Virus record (IMG/VR): IMGVR_UViG_3300035670_000585
Span: 1-38,886 of that record
Source of the DNA: a virus
Length of the DNA: 38,886 nucleotides
Direction: 5' to 3' (one strand)
A program made the translations under genes and the position numbers. The notes beneath the pieces are model-generated. The model saw nothing but the letters and a program-made list of their open reading frames with translations. It made no database searches and was not told the origin of the DNA. This document shows, in pieces, positions 26,922 through 35,265 of the stretch (position 1 is its first letter; each line of letters starts with the position of its first letter).

Positions 26922-27254
26922 TATTTTTCAGATATTGTTATGGAGTGTGAGAAGCGCGCTTACTTTTTAGGTCTTACGCCAGATAAATTCTGGACAATGA
27001 CGCATAGAGAATATGTTGCGTGGGCTGATGAACAGGCAAAACGGATTGAGGCAGAAAACGAAATAACGGATAAAAGGGTTGCTGTAATATTGGCACACAT
27101 GGCCAATTTATTCGCAAAAAAGAAAACTGGTGGTTATAAGGTAGATGATTTTTACAAGCCAAAGAGACGTGCAAAGTCACAGATGTCCCCGGCTGTTATG
27201 GCGGAAGTATTAAAGGCGATAACTATAGCATTGGAAGGTGATATACATGCCTAG
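26886..27254 (+). CDS. T-like extension of tail assembly chaperone (expressed as G-T fusion by -1 frameshift)
   Basis: There are no stops in the -1 frame between 26886 and the tracked ORF 26940-27254. The predicted fusion is about 219 aa. Confidence 0.7.
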   Translation, partial: AESGGVDDTSSAYFSDIVMECEKRAYFLGLTPDKFWTMTHREYVAWADEQAKRIEAENEITDKRVAVILAHMANLFAKKKTGGYKVDDFYKPKRRAKSQMSPAVMAEVLKAITIALEGDIHA

Positions 27255-28749
27255 TCTGGGCGATATGGTTGTTAGAATTACAGGTGATACAAGAGGATTT
27301 GACAGAGCCATTGGAGATGTGCGACAAAAGTCAAGTAAACTCGGAGGCATGATGAGCAATGCCTTGTCATATGCAGGTGGGACATTGCTCGCAGGTGGCG
27401 TATCGTTTTTAGGTACAAAAATGCTTGACGTTGGCAGAAGCGCAGTAATGATGGCATCTGACTTAACGGAGGTACAAAACGTTGTTGATGTTACGTTTGG
27501 CAAGTCAGCAGGACAAATAAATAATTGGTCTCAAACAGTGACAAAAGGGTTCGGATTGTCAGAACTGCAAGCGAAAAAAATGTCAGGGTCAATGGGTGCC
27601 ATGCTTAAATCATCCGGGATCGCTGAAACGGATATGGTTAAGATGTCTACCAGATTAACAGAATTAGCTGGAGATTTTGCATCGTTTTACAACTTGGATC
27701 ATGATGCAGCCTGGATTAAAATAAGATCCGGTATATCTGGAGAAACTGAGCCACTTAAAGAACTTGGCATTAATATGTCCGTTGCAAACATGGAGGCATA
27801 TGCGCTGTCACAAGGCATCACAAAATCATGGCAGTCTATGACGCAGGCAGAACAAACGTTATTAAGGTATAACTATTTAATGACCGTATCAAAAGATGCG
27901 CAGGGCGATTTTGCGCGAACAAGCGGAGGATTTGCAAACCAATTAAGGCTCTTAGAAACACAATTCGGAGCACTTACAGCGTCAATTGGTGTAATGTTAA
28001 TCCCTGCATTAACAGACGCTTTAAAGTGGATGAATGGTTTGATTGAATCGTTTAAAGGGTCTGGATCCGGTATAAATGACATGGTAAAGTCTGCAATGCC
28101 ATTAATGGATTCGTTCAAAAAATCATTTGAGAACTTATACTCAAGCGTTGCTCCAATAATATCAGCGTTAACTGATCTGTATATGTCTAATAAGGTTGCT
28201 ATTGATGCAATGTTATCAGCGACAATCGGAGCAATAAACGGAGTTGTAAATGCGCTCGGTCCATTTATCGTTGCACTGGTCAAAGACGTTGAAGCCGTTA
28301 CGGATCTGTATAAAGCTATAAACGACATTAAGAACTTAAATTTTAAAAGTGCATTTGGGAACATACAATCAGCAGGATCAAACTTGTCACAGGCATTAGG
28401 TGCAGCAGGACAAGGCACAAAAAATTTATATACCGGGTTTGAAAGTGGTTACAAGGCAACACAAAGCCTTTTAAATCCAACAACTGATTATGCCGGGTCA
28501 TATTATGCAAACAAATATGGTGGTGTACCTCGTTATGCATCAGGTACAAGTTATCATCCAGGTGGGCTTGCTATCGTTGGAGAGCGTGGACCTGAACTTT
28601 TGAATTTACCAAGAGGGTCACAAGTAATCCCAATGTCTGGAGCTGGAGTGCAAATCAGCGTAACAGGCAATTACATTGCAGGAGATTATGACGTTGATAG
28701 GATTGCCGCACAAATAACAAAAAAACTGAAACTTGCAGGGGTATATTGA
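27247..28749 (+). CDS. Tape measure protein
   Basis: About 500 aa, Ala/Gly/Ser/Met-rich and helical, located after the G/GT chaperones. Confidence 0.8.
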   Translation: MPSLGDMVVRITGDTRGFDRAIGDVRQKSSKLGGMMSNALSYAGGTLLAGGVSFLGTKMLDVGRSAVMMASDLTEVQNVVDVTFGKSAGQINNWSQTVTKGFGLSELQAKKMSGSMGAMLKSSGIAETDMVKMSTRLTELAGDFASFYNLDHDAAWIKIRSGISGETEPLKELGINMSVANMEAYALSQGITKSWQSMTQAEQTLLRYNYLMTVSKDAQGDFARTSGGFANQLRLLETQFGALTASIGVMLIPALTDALKWMNGLIESFKGSGSGINDMVKSAMPLMDSFKKSFENLYSSVAPIISALTDLYMSNKVAIDAMLSATIGAINGVVNALGPFIVALVKDVEAVTDLYKAINDIKNLNFKSAFGNIQSAGSNLSQALGAAGQGTKNLYTGFESGYKATQSLLNPTTDYAGSYYANKYGGVPRYASGTSYHPGGLAIVGERGPELLNLPRGSQVIPMSGAGVQISVTGNYIAGDYDVDRIAAQITKKLKLAGVY

Positions 28750-28750
28750 T

Positions 28751-29083
28751 ATGGCAAAACTAAAAAACATAGACGGCATAGAGATTACATTTAAGAGGCG
28801 TATTCGTATGCCTCTTTTTTTTGTTTATGAGGTTGAGCTCATAAACACCAGCGATAATAAAGCAAAGTATGATTTGCGGTATATGGTATGCAACGCTGGT
28901 GCAAATGCTTTACTTATAACACCTGTTGTAAACGGTTATGAGTTGTTAGCTGATGGAGAACTAAAATCTGGTGAGTTGGTTAGTGGCTATATTGCGTTTA
29001 TTAAAGGTGACACTGCCACAAATCAGCCTCAGTTTTATTGGATGGGTGGTAAAACAAAAGTTAAGGATAAGGAGTTGATGTAA
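28751..29083 (+). CDS. Hypothetical small tail-tip protein
   Basis: 110-aa beta-rich ORF packed tightly after the tape measure. Confidence 0.5.
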   Translation: MAKLKNIDGIEITFKRRIRMPLFFVYEVELINTSDNKAKYDLRYMVCNAGANALLITPVVNGYELLADGELKSGELVSGYIAFIKGDTATNQPQFYWMGGKTKVKDKELM

Positions 29084-30807
29084 TGGCTGGTGTAGATAGT
29101 AATGTTAAATTGTTGTGTCACTTTAACGGTACTGATGGCAGTACAACAATAGTTGACGATTATGGCGGTAACACACTAACGAGCGCAAATGGCGCAGCCC
29201 TTGAAACCGATGCAAAAAAATTTGGTAGTGCATCATTGAGGCTAAAAGAGCAGATTGATAGTGACAGCTATACAAAATTACTGATGAATTTTGAGGGACA
29301 TGATGAAGGCACAACTTTTTTGGACAAAAGTCCTTCTGCCCATACATTAACAGCCAACGGTGGTGTGCAAACAGAAAGTGCAGAACAACAATTTGGTCAT
29401 ACGTCAGGATATTTTGACGGAAATGGGGATTACATAAGTATACCAGATTCGGATGATTGGAATTTTGGAAGTGGTGATTTTACAATTGAAATGTGGGTAA
29501 GACCATCGCAATTATCAGTTAATGGTAACATATGGTTTTCGCAAGGTGATGACACAAATAATAGATACTCATTTTTTTCAATTAACAGTAAAATTCGTTT
29601 TTTGTTGTATATTGGTGGTGCTGTAAAAGCATTATATGAAACAACGAATAATGTTTTGAGTTTGAATACGTGGGCTCATGTAGCATTTGTGAGAAGTGGT
29701 ACAAATATATATATATTTGTTAATGGTGAATCTAAATCACTTACGGTTACAACGGCTATCAGTACAACAGCAATGCCAAACTTATCGTCTGAGGTTTTTA
29801 TTGGTGCTAGAAACATCGGCGGCACTCCAGATTTATACTATAACGGATACATGGACGATTTGCGAGTATCAAAAGGCATTGCTAGATATACGTCAAATTT
29901 TACAGCACCAACTAAATCATTTGTAACATATGGATATGTAACATTTCCAGCAAATGATAATTTTAATTTTGGCACGGGCGAATATACTATTGATTTTTGG
30001 TTTAAAACAGCAGCGTTATTATCATCATCTAGTAAAGCTCATAGAATTGTTGCATTATTATCGTCAACGGATGTAAATATTTCAATGTCATACAACGCTT
30101 TTAATACTAAAAAAATATATATATTTATTGGTGATGATACATTAAATGAATTAATAAGCACAACAGAATTAACAGCAGATACATGGTATCATATCGCTTT
30201 AGTGCGCAGCGGAACTACAGTTACATTATATATAAATGGCACATCAGAAGATACATATACATCATCAATGAATCATCAATTTGATTTAGGCGGAGGAATC
30301 GGATTCTTTACAGACGAAAATAGTGAAGTCAATTGTTACATTGACGAATTACGCATATCTGATGTAGCAAGATGGACAAGCAATTTTACGCCACCTACAG
30401 AAGAATATTACGATACTTTAAACCAACCTGCTGTGCAAATATCAACAACAACAGGAATTATACAAGTGCTGGAGTTTCAACGAACCGTCAGCATTGAAAC
30501 ATCCACAGAAATAACCGTCACAAGTACAAGCCACGGCATGTCAACAGGTGATTTTATGGTGAACTATAGCAGAAGATCAAATAGCCAGTTAAACGCCGAA
30601 CGTGGCAGCCGTAAAGTTAATGTAGTAGATGCCAATACTTTTACAGTTGCGCCTGCAATAACAAGCATGACAACTGGTGACATTGTAGCTTTGCATAAAT
30701 TCATCGACAGAACAGCTTATTTATTGGACGGGACACTTGACATCCGACTACGATCTGGTGGACAGAATGAGGCAAGTTTTACGCTGAAAACAACTTATAC
30801 ACCGTAA
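29083..30807 (+). CDS. Tail protein with two LamG / concanavalin-A-like lectin domains
   Basis: Internal duplication: DWNFGSGDFTIEMWVRP...WAHVAFVRSGTNIYIFVNG...MDDLRVSKGIARYTSNFTAP matches NFNFGTGEYTIDFWFKT...WYHIALVRSGTTVTLYING...IDELRISDVARWTSNFTPP. Confidence 0.75.
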   Translation: MAGVDSNVKLLCHFNGTDGSTTIVDDYGGNTLTSANGAALETDAKKFGSASLRLKEQIDSDSYTKLLMNFEGHDEGTTFLDKSPSAHTLTANGGVQTESAEQQFGHTSGYFDGNGDYISIPDSDDWNFGSGDFTIEMWVRPSQLSVNGNIWFSQGDDTNNRYSFFSINSKIRFLLYIGGAVKALYETTNNVLSLNTWAHVAFVRSGTNIYIFVNGESKSLTVTTAISTTAMPNLSSEVFIGARNIGGTPDLYYNGYMDDLRVSKGIARYTSNFTAPTKSFVTYGYVTFPANDNFNFGTGEYTIDFWFKTAALLSSSSKAHRIVALLSSTDVNISMSYNAFNTKKIYIFIGDDTLNELISTTELTADTWYHIALVRSGTTVTLYINGTSEDTYTSSMNHQFDLGGGIGFFTDENSEVNCYIDELRISDVARWTSNFTPPTEEYYDTLNQPAVQISTTTGIIQVLEFQRTVSIETSTEITVTSTSHGMSTGDFMVNYSRRSNSQLNAERGSRKVNVVDANTFTVAPAITSMTTGDIVALHKFIDRTAYLLDGTLDIRLRSGGQNEASFTLKTTYTP

Positions 30808-30822
30808 AGGGGGCGTAAATCA

Positions 30823-31962
30823 ATGGCATTAGATTATAAGGTTTATCCTGGTCAATACGTCAAAATAGACCTCAATGGCGTATTGAGATTTGCAGGAGTA
30901 ATAAATGGCACATCAAGCAAAAAAGTACAAAACGGCATTAATACAATATTTCAAGATGTTGAGTGCGTTGGATTTAACAACATACCATCGAGACGCACCA
31001 TAAAAATTGATTATGCAGCAGACACAACAGCTAGCGTTGTTATAGCTGACATGGTTGATGATTTTTTGGTTCAGGATGGTGTCACGTCCGGGACAATTAA
31101 TACTGGCATAGTTTTTAAGGATGAATGGCGAGACGACGTTATTTGCATTGCTGACGTTTTGGACGAATGTGCAGCCAGGTCCGGGTATCAATGGTTTATC
31201 GACAAAAATATGGCTTTGCAGTTTTATCAGGATCCGACAACCGTCAGCACCTCTACATATAACCTAATTGACGGAGATTCTTTTACTGACTACAGAGACG
31301 TGACGGTCAATGAAACCATCGACAACTATGTGAACAAGGTTTTTGTGCTAGGCGGTAATGATGATCACGGGGATCCGATCATTGCCATCCGTGGTGATGC
31401 AACGGCACAGAACGAAATGCAGTCAATTTGTGCAGGAACAGGAGTATATGGACAAGTCCACCGTGATCCAGCAATTGTTGGGCATGAGTACATAACCGCA
31501 GTTTCTGGCACATCACCAACGACTATTGCAGTAGGCGGACATCCATTCGCCACGGGTGATTATTTCTGGAACGTAACACGGAACGCATATTCAATTATAA
31601 CAGACGGTACATCTGACCCGGACTTTGCCGAATGTGAAAGCGTAGCATCTCAAGCCTCTGGTGATGTTATAGAGGTATATGGCGAGGCAAACCAAATAGC
31701 CAGAAACGTGATTAAGAAACAGGCAACCATACCGACAATTGTTGAGTTTTCATCATTCAACATAGATTGGGAGCCCGGCTATAAAATACAGATTAGCCTA
31801 TCGGATGTTAGTGTTTCAGGGTATTTTAACATTGACGAGGTCAGCATCACAGAGGACCAGGCAACATATTTCAAGTCAAAGGTCAAATGTGTAAAGCGCA
31901 ACGAATCAAACTTTAGTACGCAAAAAAATTCAAGTTATGTAGAATTTTTTAGGGGGTTTTAG
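30823..31962 (+). CDS. Tail/baseplate structural protein
   Basis: 379-aa ORF in the tail-tip block. No motif was recognised securely. Confidence 0.5.
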   Translation: MALDYKVYPGQYVKIDLNGVLRFAGVINGTSSKKVQNGINTIFQDVECVGFNNIPSRRTIKIDYAADTTASVVIADMVDDFLVQDGVTSGTINTGIVFKDEWRDDVICIADVLDECAARSGYQWFIDKNMALQFYQDPTTVSTSTYNLIDGDSFTDYRDVTVNETIDNYVNKVFVLGGNDDHGDPIIAIRGDATAQNEMQSICAGTGVYGQVHRDPAIVGHEYITAVSGTSPTTIAVGGHPFATGDYFWNVTRNAYSIITDGTSDPDFAECESVASQASGDVIEVYGEANQIARNVIKKQATIPTIVEFSSFNIDWEPGYKIQISLSDVSVSGYFNIDEVSITEDQATYFKSKVKCVKRNESNFSTQKNSSYVEFFRGF

Positions 31963-31965
31963 CCT

Positions 31966-32160
31966 ATGAGTGCCAGGTCTAGCAGACGAGCAGGGTCAGG
32001 AGTGAACAGGGGTAGCTTGACACCTCAAATATCAGTTATATTATCAGGCACAACGTCAAGCCAGTTCCCTGCGGATCCAAAAACAAAAGACATTGTTATA
32101 GACGCAACATCATCCCCTGTTGTTATTTATGTTTGGGATGGGTCAGTTTGGCAAGTATAG
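31966..32160 (+). CDS. Hypothetical small tail-associated protein
   Basis: 64-aa ORF, the last one before the lysis genes. Confidence 0.45.
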   Translation: MSARSSRRAGSGVNRGSLTPQISVILSGTTSSQFPADPKTKDIVIDATSSPVVIYVWDGSVWQV

Positions 32161-32172
32161 TGGAGGTATAGT

Positions 32173-32250
32173 ATGGAAACGCCATGGGTTGCTTTTGCTG
32201 TGATCATCGTTGTTGCTTTATATATTTCTTATTTCACCTTTAAATCTTAA
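32173..32250 (+). CDS. Very small membrane peptide (25 aa)
   Basis: METPWVAFAVIIVVALYISYFTFKS follows TGGAGGT and has a single TM. It is below the track cutoff. Confidence 0.4.
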   Translation: METPWVAFAVIIVVALYISYFTFKS

Positions 32251-32267
32251 AACACTGGAGGTTGACT

Positions 32268-32534
32268 ATGGAAGAATTAATCAAACTAGCTGCCGGGAAT
32301 GGCGTTTGGGCAGTATTATCAATTATCCTTATCAAATGGATACTGGACACGAACAAAGACCGGGAAGCAAAGCTACAACAGACCATAGCCGACAATCAAC
32401 AGATAATTCTAAGGATGACTGAGAAGCTGGAAGTATTGAACCACCTGAAGGCGGATGTTGATATTATTCTGGAATGCTTAACATGTCCGCCTGAAACAAT
32501 CACTAAAAGGGGGATAACATCGAATGGCAATTAA
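32268..32534 (+). CDS. BhlA/UviB-type holin-like protein
   Basis: N-terminal TM (GVWAVLSIILIKWIL), then DTNKDREAKLQQ and a coiled coil. It lies directly upstream of and overlaps the amidase. Confidence 0.6.
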   Translation: MEELIKLAAGNGVWAVLSIILIKWILDTNKDREAKLQQTIADNQQIILRMTEKLEVLNHLKADVDIILECLTCPPETITKRGITSNGN

Positions 32535-33210
32535 GATTATGCTTGACCCTGGGCATGGTGGCACAGAGCAGGGAGCAACCGCCAACGGATATATTGAAAA
32601 AGACTTGAATCTAAAACTCTCTCTTCTATTAAAATACGAGCTTCAACGGTGTGGATTTACCGTGTACATGACTAGAGAAACGGATATAAATGTTGACTTG
32701 GAATTGAGAGGTAAGCTTGCTACACAGAATCAATGCGACTGCCTTCTGTCTGTTCACTTTAATGCAATGGGACGGGCTAATGTTGCAAAAGGTTTCGAGG
32801 CAATATACAGTTTTCAGAGTGAATCCGCTAAATGGATAGCCTTGTGTATATCAAAGCAGGCTGTTGGATTAGGATTATACGATAGAGGTGTCTGGTCTAA
32901 GGAGAGCGATAATTACAAAGGGCATAACTGGTATGGTGTGTTGAGGTCTTCCGAACCATGCCCTGGTGTTATTCTTGAAGGGCTATTCCTTGATAATGAA
33001 AATGACGTGAGATTTTTGGCTGATCCCGGATTCCTGAAAAAACTGGCCGTTGCTTATTGTAAAGGTGTGTGTGCTGCGTACTCTATCGCATATGTTCCAG
33101 AACCGGTATCGGCTCCTGTAAAACATGATCCAGCAGCAGGCCAAAAAGAAATATTAAATCAGGTAAAAACAAAAATGCAGGAGATAATATCGTTGCTTGA
33201 AAAACTGTAG
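32524..33210 (+). CDS. N-acetylmuramoyl-L-alanine amidase (Amidase_3) endolysin
   Basis: LDPGHGG...GA, EKDLNL and LSVHFNA motifs. Confidence 0.85.
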   Translation: MAIKIMLDPGHGGTEQGATANGYIEKDLNLKLSLLLKYELQRCGFTVYMTRETDINVDLELRGKLATQNQCDCLLSVHFNAMGRANVAKGFEAIYSFQSESAKWIALCISKQAVGLGLYDRGVWSKESDNYKGHNWYGVLRSSEPCPGVILEGLFLDNENDVRFLADPGFLKKLAVAYCKGVCAAYSIAYVPEPVSAPVKHDPAAGQKEILNQVKTKMQEIISLLEKL

Positions 33211-33241
33211 AGACTACTTTTTCATAATAAACCTCACGCTA

Positions 33242-33269
33242 TCCCTGGATTATTCCAGGGAATTTTTTT
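33242..33269 (+). terminator. Rho-independent terminator of the late operon
   Basis: TCCCTGGA-TTAT-TCCAGGGA followed by a T7 run. Confidence 0.8.
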
Positions 33270-33336
33270 GCAATAAATCAAATATATAAATCATCACGAT
33301 GCAATATATTGTATCGGCAAACAAAATTCCCCTGGC

Positions 33337-33585
33337 TTATGCTTGGGGCATTTTTGTTATTCCTGTTTTTATAAATAGTTCCTCGATTGTTTTTATGTCC
33401 GTTTTAATAAAATCATCATTTCCACTTGGACTAACAAGGCATATATCAACCTTATCACGAATCATATCAAACAGTTCATTGGAGTAAAACAACCAACCAA
33501 TCATACCACGATTCTTATTATAAGCGTTTTCAATCGTATCATATAAAAAAACGTGAGCATCCCTATAAAATACTGCTACCATCAT
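33337..33585 (-). CDS. Hypothetical small protein (last gene of accessory operon)
   Basis: 82-aa ORF whose start overlaps the upstream stop within the junction repeat. Confidence 0.55.
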   Translation of the reverse strand: MMVAVFYRDAHVFLYDTIENAYNKNRGMIGWLFYSNELFDMIRDKVDICLVSPSGNDDFIKTDIKTIEELFIKTGITKMPQA

Positions 33586-33875
33586 CCATCCCCCTTCACT
33601 TCTTCAAAAAAACAATCAATTTTACATGCTATGCAAGATCCAGGCTCATCGTAGCAAATACAATCAACATTTAATTGTATATCTTCTATCAAAAATTTCA
33701 GCTTCTGATTCTGCTGGCGTAGTTTTTCGTTTTCATCTTCTATATAATCATATAACTCCTTTGAACCTTCATGGCTCAAACAAGCGACCTTTCTTGATTC
33801 ACAGTCTAATATAATCTGTGCATATATTACCGGTATATCAAATCCGCATATAACGCATTTGTTAGTGTTGTCCAT
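33582..33875 (-). CDS. Small Cys-rich / coiled-coil protein (97 aa), paralog of 34709-34870
   Basis: ATG 33875 overlaps the upstream TGA. Sequence has MDNTNKCVICGFDIPVIYAQIILDC, NEKLRQQNQKL and CIACKIDC, and ends EVKGDG. Confidence 0.6.
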   Translation of the reverse strand: MDNTNKCVICGFDIPVIYAQIILDCESRKVACLSHEGSKELYDYIEDENEKLRQQNQKLKFLIEDIQLNVDCICYDEPGSCIACKIDCFFEEVKGDG

Positions 33876-34282
33876 CACCCATCCCCCTTCACTTCTTTCA
33901 TAAGATTTCTGAATTTCCCGTACTCTACTAAATTTATTTTGCTGTATTTCACCCATTCAAGTGTTTTTTCCAACGCCTCCACCAGCTTCTCATTCTGCTT
34001 GCGAAGTTTATTGACTTCCTTTGTTAATGCTTCAATTATTTCCTTTAGTTCAATATCTTGAAACTCTGAATTAATATCCATTCGATCATCCTCACTTTCT
34101 GGATTCAATTTTTCATCATGCATTACTTTTACAATGTCAGCTATATCAACCGAATATGAGATATTTTTATCAATATCTTTTAAAATCAAATACCCATTTC
34201 TAATTTTCAGAACTCCGCTTTTAAATTCAACATTAAATCCCTTTTTTAATCTCTTTGATTGCTCAAAACGAATATCCATCAT
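33875..34282 (-). CDS. Small coiled-coil protein (135 aa)
   Basis: Contains KEVNKLRKQNEKLVEALEK and ends EVKGDG. ATGA junction. Confidence 0.6.
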   Translation of the reverse strand: MMDIRFEQSKRLKKGFNVEFKSGVLKIRNGYLILKDIDKNISYSVDIADIVKVMHDEKLNPESEDDRMDINSEFQDIELKEIIEALTKEVNKLRKQNEKLVEALEKTLEWVKYSKINLVEYGKFRNLMKEVKGDG

Positions 34283-34542
34283 CCCTCACCCTCGCTTTCT
34301 AATAGTTCAAACGGACTATATGCACACTTCCTGCAATCATTCCAATACTCATACATTTCTGTAATTTTTTGCTTTAATTGTTCATTTTCTTTTTTTAGAT
34401 TATCCATTTCTTTTCCAAGGTTTAATATTCTGTCTAATAAAGTTGGATTATCTCCTCTACATTGCGACAAATCCGCACATAAATTACATGGAAACCCAAC
34501 CGTATTTGGATATTTACCAAAACATTCTCTTTTATCCATCAT
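34279..34542 (-). CDS. Small Cys-rich / coiled-coil protein (87 aa)
   Basis: Contains CFGKYPNTVGFPCNLCADLSQC and MDNLKKENEQLKQK, and ends ESEGEG. Confidence 0.6.
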   Translation of the reverse strand: MMDKRECFGKYPNTVGFPCNLCADLSQCRGDNPTLLDRILNLGKEMDNLKKENEQLKQKITEMYEYWNDCRKCAYSPFELLESEGEG

Positions 34543-34712
34543 CCCTCACCCTCGCTTTCATTTAGTTTTGTGTCTATAAAATTTTTATTAAATATATAAA
34601 AATCTGTGCAATTCATAGGGTTTGGTTCACAGTCTTTCTTTCTACCACTGCATTCCTTGCAACACTCCATTGATTTCGGTTGATGTGGAAATTCTGATAA
34701 TTTAACTTTCAT
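34539..34712 (-). CDS. Small Cys-rich protein (57 aa, not in ORF track)
   Basis: Translated by hand as MKVKLSEFPHQPKSMECCKECSGRKKDCEPNPMNCTDFYIFNKNFIDTKLNESEGEG. Both ends are ATGA junctions. Confidence 0.5.
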   Translation of the reverse strand: MKVKLSEFPHQPKSMECCKECSGRKKDCEPNPMNCTDFYIFNKNFIDTKLNESEGEG

Positions 34713-34870
34713 CCCTCACCCTCGCTTTCTTCGATGTAGTCTGACAGTTCCTTTGTTCCCTCATGACATAAACAGGCAACTTTTCCTGATTTATAGTCTA
34801 ATATAATCTGTGCATATGCTACTGGTATATCAAATCCGCATATAACGCATTTGTTAGTGTTATCCATCAT
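34709..34870 (-). CDS. Small Cys-rich protein (53 aa, not in ORF track), paralog of 33582-33875 N-terminus
   Basis: Translated by hand as MMDNTNKCVICGFDIPVAYAQIILDYKSGKVACLCHEGTKELSDYIEESEGEG. Confidence 0.5.
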   Translation of the reverse strand: MMDNTNKCVICGFDIPVAYAQIILDYKSGKVACLCHEGTKELSDYIEESEGEG

Positions 34871-35052
34871 CCATCACCCTCGCTTTCTTCTGGAACAAAA
34901 ACAGTATTTACTTCTTCATAGTCAGATTCGTTAAATTTTTCTTGACAAGCTATGCAAATAAATCTTTCTCCAGTCCATGAAATTGAATAATAATTTCCCT
35001 TCACAAAGAAGATTTTATCTGATTCGCAATTTGGGCATATTAACTTAATCAT
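34867..35052 (-). CDS. Small zinc-ribbon protein (61 aa)
   Basis: Contains CPNC...CIAC and ends ESEGDG. Confidence 0.55.
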   Translation of the reverse strand: MIKLICPNCESDKIFFVKGNYYSISWTGERFICIACQEKFNESDYEEVNTVFVPEESEGDG

Positions 35053-35261
35053 CCCTCACCATCCTCTGAATCTATTAAATTAATTTCAAATCCAATTTTG
35101 TTTAATAGTGTATTAATATCTGTCAAAATTTCATTTTTTTCATTTTCTTGTTTTACTAAAATATCTGTAGAATTTTCAAGTTCTATTTTCAATCTTACGT
35201 TTTCTTTAATTAACTTTGCATTTCTTTCTTCCAACTCTTTGATATATTCCTCCATCATCAC
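35049..35261 (-). CDS. Small coiled-coil protein (70 aa)
   Basis: Contains EERNAKLIKENVRLKIELEN and ends SEDGEG. Confidence 0.55.
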   Translation of the reverse strand: MMMEEYIKELEERNAKLIKENVRLKIELENSTDILVKQENEKNEILTDINTLLNKIGFEINLIDSEDGEG

Positions 35262-35265
35262 TCAC

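Larger units (their letters stand above)
33582..35069 (-). repeat. Dispersed gene-junction repeat family (7 copies)
   Basis: On the plus strand, TCATCCCTCACCCTCGCTTTC is identical at 34279-34299, 34539-34559 and 34709-34729. There is one mismatch at 34867-34887, and only the first 12 nt match at 35049. The variant TCA(T/C)CCATCCCCCTTCACTTC occurs at 33582-33602 and 33875-33895. Confidence 0.9.

Noticed and set aside
27873-28418. 181-aa antisense ORF inside the tape measure gene, and similar long antisense ORFs (2178-2636, 2675-3166, 9037-9818, 16410-16823)
   Set aside because: They are opposite well-supported sense genes in tightly packed operons. They have no ribosome-binding sites, and their composition is typical of antisense translation.
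33582-35069. Repeated 21-24 bp units considered as a CRISPR array
   Set aside because: The spacing is irregular (150-400 bp) and far too long. Every repeat coincides with a stop/start overlap of consecutive ORFs and contains a Shine-Dalgarno sequence. There are no cas genes.
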